Position numbers and translations under genes: made by a program. Positions 13,146 through 25,200 of a DNA stretch of 64,000 nt are shown here, one piece after another. How positions within the stretch are numbered: the stretch's first letter is position 1; each line of letters opens with the position of its first letter. The notes beneath the pieces were generated by a model. It did not search any database and had not been told where the DNA came from. It saw only the letters and a program-made list of their open reading frames with translations. The DNA is taken from NCBI GenBank assembly GCA_038087875.1, contig JAXLNO010000511.1:1-64000 (forward strand), read 5' to 3'. The DNA is from Malacoraja senta. Lineage: Eukaryota.

Positions 13146-13989
13146 TTTCCACTTTCCCAATAGTGGAAACATTCCCTCCACATACACTCTATCCAGTCCT
13201 TTCATTATTCAATATGTCTTGCAAATGGAGGCACAAGATGTTGCCGAAGCTTGAATCTTGAGCAAAAAAACCCACATTTCTGAAGGAAGCCAAGTGTTTC
13301 GTCCCTCCCAGCACAGATGCTGCCTGATCCACAGAGTTCCTCCGATAGGTTGTTCTTTGTTCATATCTTGTAAATGCTATTCGTCATGTTCTATGCGACG
13401 TCTCCATGGAACAGCTTTTAATATTGTCAATTACTATCCGTATTTCTTTGTGATGTCACTAAATCGAAATATTATCATCCTGACGTAGCTCACTAAAATG
13501 CACGAAACTTCTCACCACACAGCTCCCTCTCTCAGTCCCATTATGAATTCATGCATCGCATTCCTATATCAGCTTCATGCAACCGCGAGGAAATCATCTT
13601 TCATAGAAGCCTTTTACGCACCGTTGCAAATCGCCGAGCCCGTCTACGTTAGGCAATGTACACTTGTACATTTATTTTATCTGCACATTAGCTGTAAGCG
13701 CAGTGTCAGAACGGTGTAACACTATATTCTGCACGCTGGTATTTTTTACATCTTTACATTACTTATGTATGGCTTCATTGTAGTCATGCATATTATGATT
13801 TGGCTAAATACCACGCAAAGGGGTTTTCACTGTATCTCGTTACCCGTGTCAATAATAAACCAATACGTTGTATCTATCGATTGCAGCACCCAGTGTTTAG
13901 CAAGGTTTTATTAAAATTTCCTTTTTGCCTTTGACTACGTGGTGAAGAACCATCCTTTTTTCCACCGCTGAAGGTGCCAAAGTGGGATT

Positions 13990-14930
13990 GAGTCATCGAA
14001 TCACACTGCGTTGAAACGGGCTTTTCGGCACAGCATGCCCCATCTACATTAGTCCCAACTCCCACGCTTGCCTCATAACCCTCTAAACCTATCCTATGCA
14101 TGTACCTGTCCAATTGTCTGTTTATTGTTATGATAGTACCTGTCTCAACCTCCTCCTCTGGCAGCCCGTTCCATATACCCACCACTCTTTGTGTAAAAAT
14201 GTTATCCCCAGGTTCCTATTAAATCTCCACACTCACCCCCCTCTCACAGTAAATCTCTATCCTCTGGTTCTCGAGTCCCCTATTGTGGGAAAAAAAACTC
14301 ATGCGCATTTACCTGATTGATTGCTCACATAATTTTGTAAACCTCTTTCAGATCACCCCATCCTTTTGCACTCTAAGGAATGAAATCCAGAACCAGGGGC
14401 TACAGTTCCAGAACCAAGGATCACGGTTTAAGAATAAGGAGTAAGCCATTTAGAACGGAGACGATGAAACACTTTTTCTCACAGAGAGTGGTGAGTCTGT
14501 GGAATTCTCTGCCTCAGAGGGCTGTGGAGGCAGGTTCTCTGGATGCTTTCAAGAGAGAGCTAGATAGGGCTCTTAAAAATAGCGGAGTCAGGGGATATGG
14601 GGAGAAAGCGGGAACGGGGTACTGATTGGGGATGATCAGCCATGATCACATTGAATGGCGGTGCTGGCTCGAAGGATCGAATGGCCTACTCATGCACCTA
14701 TTGTCTATTGAAATCAGAGCCTTCTCAACCTCACCCTCCCTGAACATAGACTCAGTGACTTGCAGAACAGTTCAGCATAGGAACAGGCCCTTGGGCCCAC
14801 ACCTTCTGTTCCGAGCGTGATGCCAAGTTGAACTAATCTCCTCCACCAACACATGTTCCATATCCATCCTTTCACTGCATATCTATGCCTTTCTAAAGAC
14901 TTCAAATGCCACTATCAAGTCTCCTTGTAC
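13990..14930. mobile_element. Cluster of CR1 3' fragments in both orientations (clean + strand piece at 14380-14710)
   Basis: ORF 14380..14625 has FFSQRVVSLWNSLPQRAVEA...GYGEKAG and ends in a ttgtctattg tail; flanking minus-strand decayed copies. Confidence 0.8.
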
Positions 14931-14964
14931 ATCTTCTCTGGACTCTTTCCAGCTGGTGTGTTAA

Positions 14965-15160
14965 AAACAAATGCATGAAGAATTCAGTGTGTCAGGCAGC
15001 ATCTGTGGTGGGAATCGACTGACAACGTTTTGAAGTCACCAGTCTGAACAAGAGTTCCAGCCTGAAATATCGTTGGTTCATTCCATCCCACAGATGTTGC
15101 CTGACCCACTGTTCCTCCAACAGTTTTGCTCAACAATCAAATATCTGCAGTTTCTAGTAT
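14965..15160. mobile_element. Fold-back element made of two inverted Penelope-type terminal repeats
   Basis: tcaggcagcatctgtgg (~14993) and ccacagatgttgcctga (~15088) are inverted; a degenerate agtctgaaca...cctgaaa motif lies centrally. Confidence 0.6.
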
Positions 15161-18100
15161 CCCCAGGGATATGTTAACTGTTATCATTTAATTGCCCTAT
15201 TTTATTACATTTTGTATTACATTTCTGTTAAATTATGTTGCAGTCTTGGAAATGATTTCACCTCAGCTGCGAACCTGCATTCCTAGTGTACATTGCTACT
15301 TTAATCATGCTAAATTACTGCCATCAAAACACCTCATCACTACCACTACAATACTACTCCCATCTTGCTGCCAAGCAATACCCACCATTTTCTATACAGT
15401 CGCCTTAATACTATTTCTTAAATGAATTTGAGAACCTCTGCACTCTGCTTCAGTGACAGAAATATTAAGTGTAAATTCACAACTATTTATTGTTCTCGGA
15501 TGTGTTATTTTGCACCATATAAACAGGCCAAAATATTTCTCCTTCCGTATCCCTAAGTTTATTTGATATACGACGATGAATACAAATCAATGGACCATTT
15601 AAATGTTTACTGTGCTGATGGAGACGATTCATCCTATCAGGCCAATGCCACCTCTCTACTGGAGAAAATCACTTGTTCAACCCCAGCCCTTCGACTGTAG
15701 TTTTGCATGTTTTTACTCACAATTAGTTTATCCAATTCTCTCTTTGTGATGAAACATAAATAAGATTTGGATCAATGAACGGAGAAAGAAAATTTCAAGG
15801 GTACAAATGACTATCTTTATTACATCAAATTACAAGACAAAGCATTAAAAAAACAACGAATCTCATGGCTTTCAGCTCAATGTGTTAAATGATAGAAGCC
15901 GTGGCAAATACCATCAAGTCTCACAGTCTTCTGCCCATTGGAGACTCCTATTTATGATGGCTGGTATAGAGATCTTGCGGCCCAGCCACTGTCCTTCAAA
16001 GGTTCTGCATTAAATCAAGCACCGAGCTATTCTTGCATGTCTCGGAGAAAGAAAGGTTTAACTTCTCATTTAGCTACACTAAATATCCTTGTAGGCTGCT
16101 CCATAATTTCCCAGTTATTCTAAGTGAGCCCTCAATCATCTAATTGTTTCCCAAAGCCAGCCTACTTGCTTACCATAAAGTGTAGTTAGCAGAAAATGTC
16201 ATCATAGGTGAAAACCTTGTTTACCTTTTCCAATGCACTAAGGGCATAATGGAGCCAATTACCCAACATCTACGTGCCATACACTTGAAATTCCAAACGC
16301 ACGTGCATAAAATTCCTTGTCCGCTCTCAAACCCTCCAGCAAAGTGATCAGCCTCCCTATCCATTCTTCCCATCAAAGATTGATAATTTTCCAGAGCTCC
16401 AAGAACGTAATATGTGATTCACCACCCTCTGACTAGAGATTACTCCTGATCCCTTTCTAAAGATACATCATGTTATTATGAGAAATGTGCTTGCCAAGAC
16501 CATGGCATCTGCAGTTTTAGTCTCCTGATCTTAGGAAGAATGTTCTTGTTATGGAGGGAGTGCTGTGAAGGTTCATCAGATTTCAGGGATGGGAGGACTA
16601 ATGTATGAAGGGCGATTTGGGCAATTAGTTTTACATTGTGATTAGGACCATTCAAAATCAACTACAACATTCTTATGGGTCTGTACCGATTCAAGAGAGT
16701 CAAGAATGTTTTATTGTCATATGTCCCAGATAGTACAATGAAATTCTTACTCACTGCAGCACAATGGAATATGTAAACATAGTACATGGTAAACAATATG
16801 AAAAACGAGAAAGAGAAAAACAAAGTCAGTGTGCACATATATATATATACACACACACACACACATATATGTGTATATATGTACGTATACATTCATGAGG
16901 GAAATCCGGTCTGTTCAGGACCCAGTGGTCACAATCTGATGATCAGGCTTCAAGTTGAGATGAAGAGCGATTACTTCTCCCACAGAATGATGAACGTGTG
17001 GAATGTTATACCACTGGAAGCAGTTGAACACAGATCATTGAATTTATACAAGGAGTTATATGTTATTTGTATGGTCAAAGGATGAGAGAAATAAAAGGAT
17101 CAAGGTAGAAATTTTAGGTCACAATTGATCACATGGAATAATAGTTGAGGCTCAAATGCCTGAATTCCTATTACTTTTATATTCTGCATTTCAACATTTT
17201 TGTAGTTATCGTGGCCACATTTGCTCTGCATCTAAGACCATGATAACTGGGATGCTTAAAAGGAACCGAGACCCTGGTGCCAATGCCTTTTTGCAGATGC
17301 ATACATTGGTTTGGTGTTCACAAAGCGAGGACAAATCAGAAATAATTTTCTGAACACGCCATCCATTGCTATTTCAATGTGCTTACCCAAGATACAAAAA
17401 TCTAATACTATATTAATCTATATTAAAAAATGTTTGGATAAAATAAACAAAACACAGTCATCGAATGTCCCTGGGTAAGTCGTCCACCTCCTGCCCTCCA
17501 CCCCTTTGAGAAGTGGCTGAAGGGTGATATTAAAATACATAAAGTTTTTAAATGAATCACTATGGTGAAACCATTTCCACCATAAACTCCAGCAGGGAAT
17601 TCTACAGAGAATGCTCCCTCTCCTCCCCTCCCACCCAATACAGGTGAGCATGAGGATCCAGATCAATGAATTGCATTTAGGGGAAGGCTGGGCAAACACA
17701 AAAGAGAAAAGAACAGTCGGTTCTACATTGGAGATTCCAGCATAGACTTGCCAACCATGTTGCAGATCGCATAAGCTGAGAAGAGGGTCATGTGGACTAT
17801 ATGCGCCAGTATTGGCAGGATAGGCAGAGTGGCCTGTTCCTACACACTTGTCTCCTCTACAACCTTGTATTACTTTGACTGCCAATTCATTTTTGATCAT
17901 TTTGTTCCCATTCATTCTTGAAAAAATACAAAATCAACTTTGACGTAAGATAACTGTGATTGATGCTGTTGCAAATAAATGGAGGCCTTACATTTTCTTA
18001 ACAACAATTTAATTTTGCGCCTTGCATATTATATCTTTCATATTATATCTTGCACATTCCATATATCTTGCCTTTACTTCGCAACATGAAGCCACTATAA

Positions 18101-18469
18101 AACAGGGTGCAATCCAATGTGTTTATTGGATTTCATGCCAATCTATTTCCAAAAATCTTATACTCAATGGTCCATTCATCAAGCACATTCTACAGGCAAC
18201 TGTTATAAGGTGAAATCTCAAGAGCAGAACTTGTACCAAATGAGCCACATAAAATGAACTTGATCTCTGTACCACCAGTCACCGTGGATAATTTTATATT
18301 CATATGGATGATAAATTCATTGCATTAGATTAGAAATGTACAAAGTACAAACAATCAAGACTTTTGACATCATCAAATAACCAAGCGTTATGTAACAACA
18401 TTTATTGGTGCTGTGTCTCAGACTAACTGCAGTGTTAAAACAACATATATTATATCCAATAATGACTGT

Positions 18470-19290
18470 AGCTAATGGAATCTGCAACTAAAAACAGAAT
18501 ACTGAAAGCATTCAATGGCTCAAGCAAATTATTGGGACAAATAGTTGATGTCACAAATAGGGTCAAGAACCTGCACCAGGCCTGTTAGGGAAGAGGATGG
18601 ATTGCCATATATAGCAATCATGGAGGAATAGGACAGAGACTGTTAGATCAAACGTACAACCAGGTGGGAAATGGATAATGGGTAGATGGAAACAGGTAGG
18701 AGAGGAGGAGGAAGAGGTGAACAACAGGAGAATAAACTGTTCAAATGAGACAGAGGTTCACTTGCACCTCTTTCAACTTTCTCTACTGCATTCATTGCTC
18801 ACACTGTGGAGAAACTAGCTTAGATGTCAACCATTTTGTAGAGCACATCCCTTTGAAGTAAAGATCATCCTGAGATCTGTTGTATCGTATTTAATACCCC
18901 TTCCCACTCTCACACTGACCCATCTGTCGTTAACCTTGGGCACAGAAAGTTTAAAGTAAAATATCTGATAATCCCCCTGGGTAACTTATAAGCCGATGGT
19001 ATGAATATAAAGTTTTCACATTTCAGCTTATCCATACCACTGGTGTTCATTTGTTCTCCCACAACCACCCATACACCAACTTTGCTCCATCTGCCCATCA
19101 TCCCCTCCCCAGCTGATTCCACCTGCCACTTACCAACCTCTGCCCCATTCCTCCTTCAAACTGTTAGAATCTTCCCATCCTCACCTTCAATTCTAATGCA
19201 GTGCCTTGCCTTGAAATGTTGGTATATGTCATTTGCCTCCACAGATGCTGTTTGACCAAGTACTTCCACTGCCCTTTCTTTGGTCTAAAA
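18470..19290 (+). mobile_element. Decayed Penelope-like element (GIY-YIG C-terminus plus terminal repeat, preceded by an inverted terminal repeat)
   Basis: 18740+ translates to QMRQRFTCTSFNFLYCIHCSHCG, with GMNIKFS near 19000, matching the ORF at 60215; cacagatgctg terminal motif at ~19240. Confidence 0.7.
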
Positions 19291-19443
19291 TTCTTGTTGG
19301 AAATAACCACAAAGTCTTACTCTACCTATAATTGAAACCATTTAATTGGTGCTTAGAGAGCTTTCTAAAACCATGAGGGCGATTGATCAGAATTTATTTT
19401 AGCCAGGGTAGGGTAATCAAGAACCAGCAAAAACAGGTTTAAG

Positions 19444-20086
19444 CAGTGTTCAATGCTAATTGTTTAGGTGTCGGAGCTGTCAAACAGGGGCATTTCAGAT
19501 TTTGCTGGGGGGGGGGGCAAGCTAGTCTCCCTAGAGGGTCAAACAAGATTATAGCCTATTACTACATCCCACTGTATAGCTAGTACATTAAAACATATAA
19601 TACTTAATTTAATTATGACAAAATATTGCACGGTTGCACTCACTGATTATCATGAAATATAATTATGAAGCAAGTAAAGAAAAATACGGTTATCATGTAT
19701 TTTTACAGAGGTGCCGGCAAGACACCAACTCGCCCTGACAATCCTGCAGCTCTGGGCCTTCACACACACACTCACACACACACACTCTCACCCTCACACT
19801 CATTTACCTACACATCCACCCACTCACCCACCCACCAGAGTTCCAGGCTCAGCTCCAGGCCCACAACGACAAACGATGCACACATCACATGGTCTGACTC
19901 TGCTGCATCATAGTGTCCCATCCTCCTACAGGGAACATCAGTAGTGATGGATCTTCCCCTTACCCCTCTTTTAGTCAGGGTACCCCGACCACACATCCGC
20001 TAGTTAAAATTCCACGCTGTTTATTTTTTCTTGAACAGATGTGCCGGATCAGTGCTCAGGTGAGCTCCGGCAGCACTGCACCCCTG
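19444..20086. mobile_element. Non-autonomous hAT-type DNA transposon (MITE, 643 bp) inserted in a CR1 fragment
   Basis: Exact 8-bp TSD GGTTTAAG (19436-19443, 20087-20094); imperfect TIRs CAGTGTTCAATGCT and (revcomp) CAGGGGTGCAGTGCT; host CR1 sequence is continuous across the site. Confidence 0.8.
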
Positions 20087-20950
20087 GGTTTAAGGTGAGG
20101 AGGAAGATTTAGTAGGAACCTGAGAGGCAACCTTTTCTACTAAGAGGTTACTGGGTGTATGGAATGAGCTGCCAGCGAAGGTAGAATAACAACATTGAAA
20201 AGACACTTGGACAGGTACATGGATAGAACATGTTGAGAGGAATGTGGGCCAAACGCTGGCAAATGTGACTAACCTAAATGTAGCATCTTGTTCAGCTTGG
20301 AGCATTAGGCTGAAGTACCTACTTCCATGCTATATGGCTCCATGACTCTTTGTTAGATGAACATAAACATGGCAAATGGAGTTTAATAATGGAAAATATG
20401 TGCTCACACAATCTGGTAAGAGCAATTCGAAGGAAGCTATTATCTAAATGGAGTGAGATAGCAAATGAGTGGAGTACAAGAGATTCAAGTGCTTAAAGTG
20501 CAAAACAAAAAGCCAGCAGGTAGATGCAGCACACAACTCAGAAGGTGATTAGCATTCAAAGGTAGGTTACTATTGTAATTATGGAACATGATGTTGCTAA
20601 GAACAAATCAGGATCACTGTGCACAGCTTGGTCCTCAAATTTAAGAAAGGATATATTAATATTTGATATCAGCTAGAAGAGATTTCTGGAATAAGCAAGT
20701 GTTGCCTAACCATGAATGGCTGAAATCACTGGTTCTGTGTTCCTTGGAGATGACAAGAAACAGAGTTAACCTTATGAATGTATTAAAGAGGCATGATGTG
20801 GTGGTGAATTGATGGATAATGCATGGATATATTCTAAAAGAACAGGGAATTGTGTCTTATGTGGAATAAGCACAGTAAAGGAGTTGAGGCCTCAGTCATA
20901 TCAGTTGTTATCAACATAAATTGCTAGATAGCTCTAATTTGTACAAATGC
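20087..20950 (+). mobile_element. Decayed CR1 fragments
   Basis: ggtttaaggtgagg...aggaacctgagaggcaacctttt...tggaatgagctgccag 3'-end signature; a further degenerate RT C-terminal piece at 20370-20900. Confidence 0.65.
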
Positions 20951-21234
20951 AGGGCAGTCTATTGAGAATTTCTGTCATGTTTGATAAACTTAATTTAACT
21001 CTTCCCATTTATTTCAGTTCCTGAATTTTAATCACATCCATGAAATCTTCTACTCAGCGATTGGTTAGCAGTGCACGTTCTGCTTTGGTTGAATATTTTA
21101 ATAATCTGAGGAAGGAATTTAAATATTAGACAACAAAGAAATGGCATACCAGAGAACAGAACTCAGAAAGATGCAACTAGTTTATTCGCTTTAACTGTTG
21201 ATTCATCCCACATAACATCTTCCTTCCAGATATA

Positions 21235-21485
21235 AAGGCACAGCGCCAGAAACCTGGGTTTGATCCTGACCACGGGTGATGTCTGTACGGAATTTGTACC
21301 TTCTCCCTGTGACTGCATAGGTGTTCTCCAGGTGCTCCAGTTTCCTCCCACATTCCAAAGACGGGTGTGCAGGTTTGTAGGTTAATTGACTTGTGTCCCT
21401 AGCTTATGTGGGTGATCGTTGGTTGGTGCGGACTCAGTGGGGCCGAAGTGCCTGTTTCAATGCTCTCTCTCTAAGCTAAACAAAA
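21235..21485 (+). mobile_element. HE1-like V-SINE (5'-truncated)
   Basis: cagcgccagaaacctgggtttgatcc B-box region, V-domain tttcctcccacattccaaagac and tail ctctaagctaaac; homologous to 30471-30775. Confidence 0.85.
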
Positions 21486-21499
21486 AACTCAATACTCCT

Positions 21500-21745
21500 T
21501 CCAATAGTTTCGTTCACACAAGTTCTATGTTATCTTTCGCTTCCACACTAGGGTCAAATTACAGAGACCTATTAACCCATAAAACCTGGTATCTTTAGTA
21601 TGTGTGTGAAAACTGGAGGACAGTGGAAACCCATGCGGTCATAGGGAATACATGCAAACTTCACACAGCCGACAAGCGAGGTTAGGATTGAACTGATGTG
21701 TATGACGCACTGAGGCAGCAGCTCTATCAGCAGCGCCACTCTGCC
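21500..21745 (-). mobile_element. Older HE1-like V-SINE
   Basis: Reverse-strand match to the SINE head (gaggcagcagctctatcagcagcgccac) and V-domain. Confidence 0.7.
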
Positions 21746-22215
21746 TCAGGTTGCGTCATGTTCAGCACAAACGTTGTTGGACAAAGGACCTGTTCCTCTA
21801 TTACAGGGGCATTCCCATTCACCGTAAAATTCAACGAACTCAGCACCATTGGGTCACTGGAAATATTCCCTGCCTGCAAATGATTCATGTTCCTCAAACC
21901 CCTGCATCTCCATGCACCACGAAGGTGCACCCCAGACGCCACCATCCCTGGCAGTGCTTTCCAGGCACACACCACATAGTATGTAATAAAAACTTGCCCT
22001 TTTTAAAAAACTGCAGCTTCTACCCTGGACTGAATATAATGCAATAATGTAAATGCCATAGTAGGCATTTAGTTAATTGGGATAATTTTAGTCAATTGGG
22101 AGGTGTGATTGCAAATCTTGTACAATATCATAAACCAAGTAAAATGTGACAAAGTCAAAATGGCCAGGCACAAAGAACAGAATAATCATGAACATCAATA
22201 ACACGTCAATAGCTA

Positions 22216-25200
22216 GACTCTCCTTGTGGCAGCATGCTGTAAGGTTGCAAACTCGTTTGCTCCCTTAACTTTTAACTTCCACTGACCACTCTTTCAATGT
22301 TACTGGTGACTATTTGACTTCAAGACACCGTCTAACTGTTCATAAAGTGTTGATAACACTTTTACACGCCTTAATCGTGAAAAGGATGGAGACAATAAGG
22401 AAAGGAGGATCCCCAAAGAAGGAAATGGGGAAAGCCACAACCACAGCTGCAGCTTCTGATTCCAGCATCATAGAAGCAATATCGAAAATGAACGATGAAT
22501 TGAAAAATGAGCTGATAAATTTAACGAAAACAAGATTTGGCAGTTTGGAAGAAATGGTGAAAGGAGTTTCGACCAAATTGAAGGAAGTCCAAGGAAAACT
22601 GTCTTTGTTACAAGATGAACTTCGTGAACAAAAGGATCAAATTTATATCTTGCGCACCCTGGGACAGGAGAGATTTGAAGATTGAAAAATTGGAACGGAG
22701 AATGAATGAAAACACTCGAGCACTTCAGCAATACAAGTCTAAAAATATGGACTTAGAAAACAGAAGCCATCGTTTGAATTGACGAATTGTTGGTTTGCCG
22801 GAAGGCCAAGAAGGAAATAACGTTATAAAATATGCTTCTAAAATGATAAAGGAAACATTCAGCATTGAGCACAATGAAAACCTTCCGTTCATGGATAAGG
22901 CACACAGGATTGGGAAGAAATCCGGTAATAAACCGAGACACTTGATCATTCGGTTTCATTTTTTTCAAATGAAGGAGAATATTCTCCAGGCAGCAAAAAA
23001 GTTGGGTGTGGTTGAATATGAAGGATGTAAGTTTCGGTTTGTCCCTGATTATAGTTACGAGCTTTTGGAAATAAGAAAGACTTTTTATAATGTAATGTCT
23101 GATTTACATAAGAAAAACTGCGCCCAGCTTTATTATCACCAGCTAGATTGCGTATTCGGCTTTTCAATGGTAACTTTCGATTTTTTAACAGTCCTCAAGA
23201 CGCCTCCAGCTGCGTCTGAAGAGCTACGACGAGGAAGGGGAGTAATTGATAGCTGATTAAGTTCTAATTGGAGATTTACTGTTCCTATTTTGACAACATT
23301 ACGTTTGGTAATGATTAAGAATTTAACTGGACGTGTTGTTTTTCTTTTATATATATTCTTTTAAGAATGTCTTTGTTAATTCATGTTCCCCTGTCGTTGG
23401 ACAAACTAAGAGAACGCAGTTCTTGTTTTTCATATCTTGACCTTGGATAATAATAAGCAGCATTCCATGCCAGTCTGTATTTTTTTTCTTCTCTCTCAAA
23501 GAGATATTAACGAATGTGCTATGACGTAGTGGTTAAATATTATTCATTTTATGCTGAGCGCTGTTACTGGGAGAGATTGGATCGGGGAGGGGATTAGGTA
23601 GTTTGCTGACTGTCTTTTGGTCAGTTTCGGGATCTACAGGGGTGGGAGGGGGGAGGGGGAGGGTTCTTTTGTTCCCTATTTAGTGATCTCCATTTGTGCA
23701 AATTCTGAACTACAAAATTGGCTGAAATGTCGTCACCTGGCTCCGCCCTAGATTTTTCTTCTTCCAGTATTGTGAACTTTTAGGCTTCAAGAAATTAACC
23801 CATTACATCCCACATGATTTTTACAAGCAATATGGATAAAGTTCCTTTCATGGAATGTGAATGGCTTGAACCATCCCATTAAGAGGATTTAAAAAAAAAA
23901 GTTCTTCACAGACTAAATGCTCAGATTATCTTTGTTCAGGAAACTCATGTAAGGCAAGATGACAAGTCACGATTTTTCAAGTTTTGGAGAGGACAGCAGT
24001 TTCATTCAAATTCACAGGCTAAGGGGAAAGGAGTCTCTATTTTTATCGACCCCTCAATTCCGTTTGTTCACCATGAAACAATTTCTGATCCATATGGCAG
24101 ATTATTGGTGATTACCGGTGTCCTTTATAGGCAAAAAGTCGCAATGGTGAATGTCTATGCACCAAATATTGATCACCCTGAGTTTTTTAAACAGTTAATT
24201 ACATCCTTTCATAATTTAAATGAACACTTTTTAATAATGGGTGGAGACTTCAATTGCTGTTTGAATCCCTCGATTGATAGGTCTACATCTGATCATGTGC
24301 TTCCAAATAAATCAGCTAATTTTATTAATTATTTTTACTTGACTCGGGAATGTTAGAAATTTGGAGATTCTTACACGCAAATGACAAAGAATTTTCATTT
24401 TCTCTCATGTATATCATAGTTATTCTAGGATCGACTATTTTATACTAGATTCTTGGCTAGTTCCATCGGTCATTGCATGTGAGTATGATACAATTGCTAT
24501 TTCTGATCATGCACCAGTGAAACTATTGATCAAACTACCTGATTCCAAGTTTAGTGCTAAACAATGGCGATTTAATGCTACTTTGCTTCAAGACTTAAAC
24601 TTTATTAAGTTTATGAAAGATCAGATTGCTTTTTACTTCTTGAAAAACTCTAATGAAGAGATATCCAATGATATAGTTTGGGATGCTTTTAAGGCATATA
24701 TTCATGGACAAATTATTTCATACTCCGCGGGATTAAAAAAACAAACACAAAAAGAAATACACACATTGGCTGACGAGATTAAATAAATTGATAAAAAATA
24801 TTCAAAAGCTCCTAGTTTAGAGCTCTATAAGAATAGAGTGAACTTCAATTGAGATATGATTTGTTATTAGTATCACCGATTGAGAACCAGTTACTTAAAA
24901 CCGAAAGTAAATTTTATATAAATGGCAAAAATCTGGTAAATTACTTGCTAATCAATTGAAGCAGTGTCGGCCAAGAGTCAGATTACTAAAGTGAGTAAAC
25001 GGGATGGTACATTAACTGTAGACCATGACGAAATTAATAAATCCTTTCAGGAATTTTATACCTCCCTATACCAATCAGATATTCCTACTGATTCCAATAT
25101 AATGCATGAGATTTTAAAGAAACTGAACTTACAAAATTTACCATACAACGAGTCTCTGTTGTTAGATGAACCCATCACGGAAGAAGAAATACAGAAAGCA

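Noticed and set aside
17418..17915. 165-aa ORF on the minus strand
   Set aside because: No recognisable domain, splice structure or coding signature; could be UTR or chance.
21043..21105. Possible terminal exon LLKYSTKAERALLTNR* for the TM-exon gene
   Set aside because: The acceptor is plausible but its phase does not match the TM exon directly and the peptide is too short to support.
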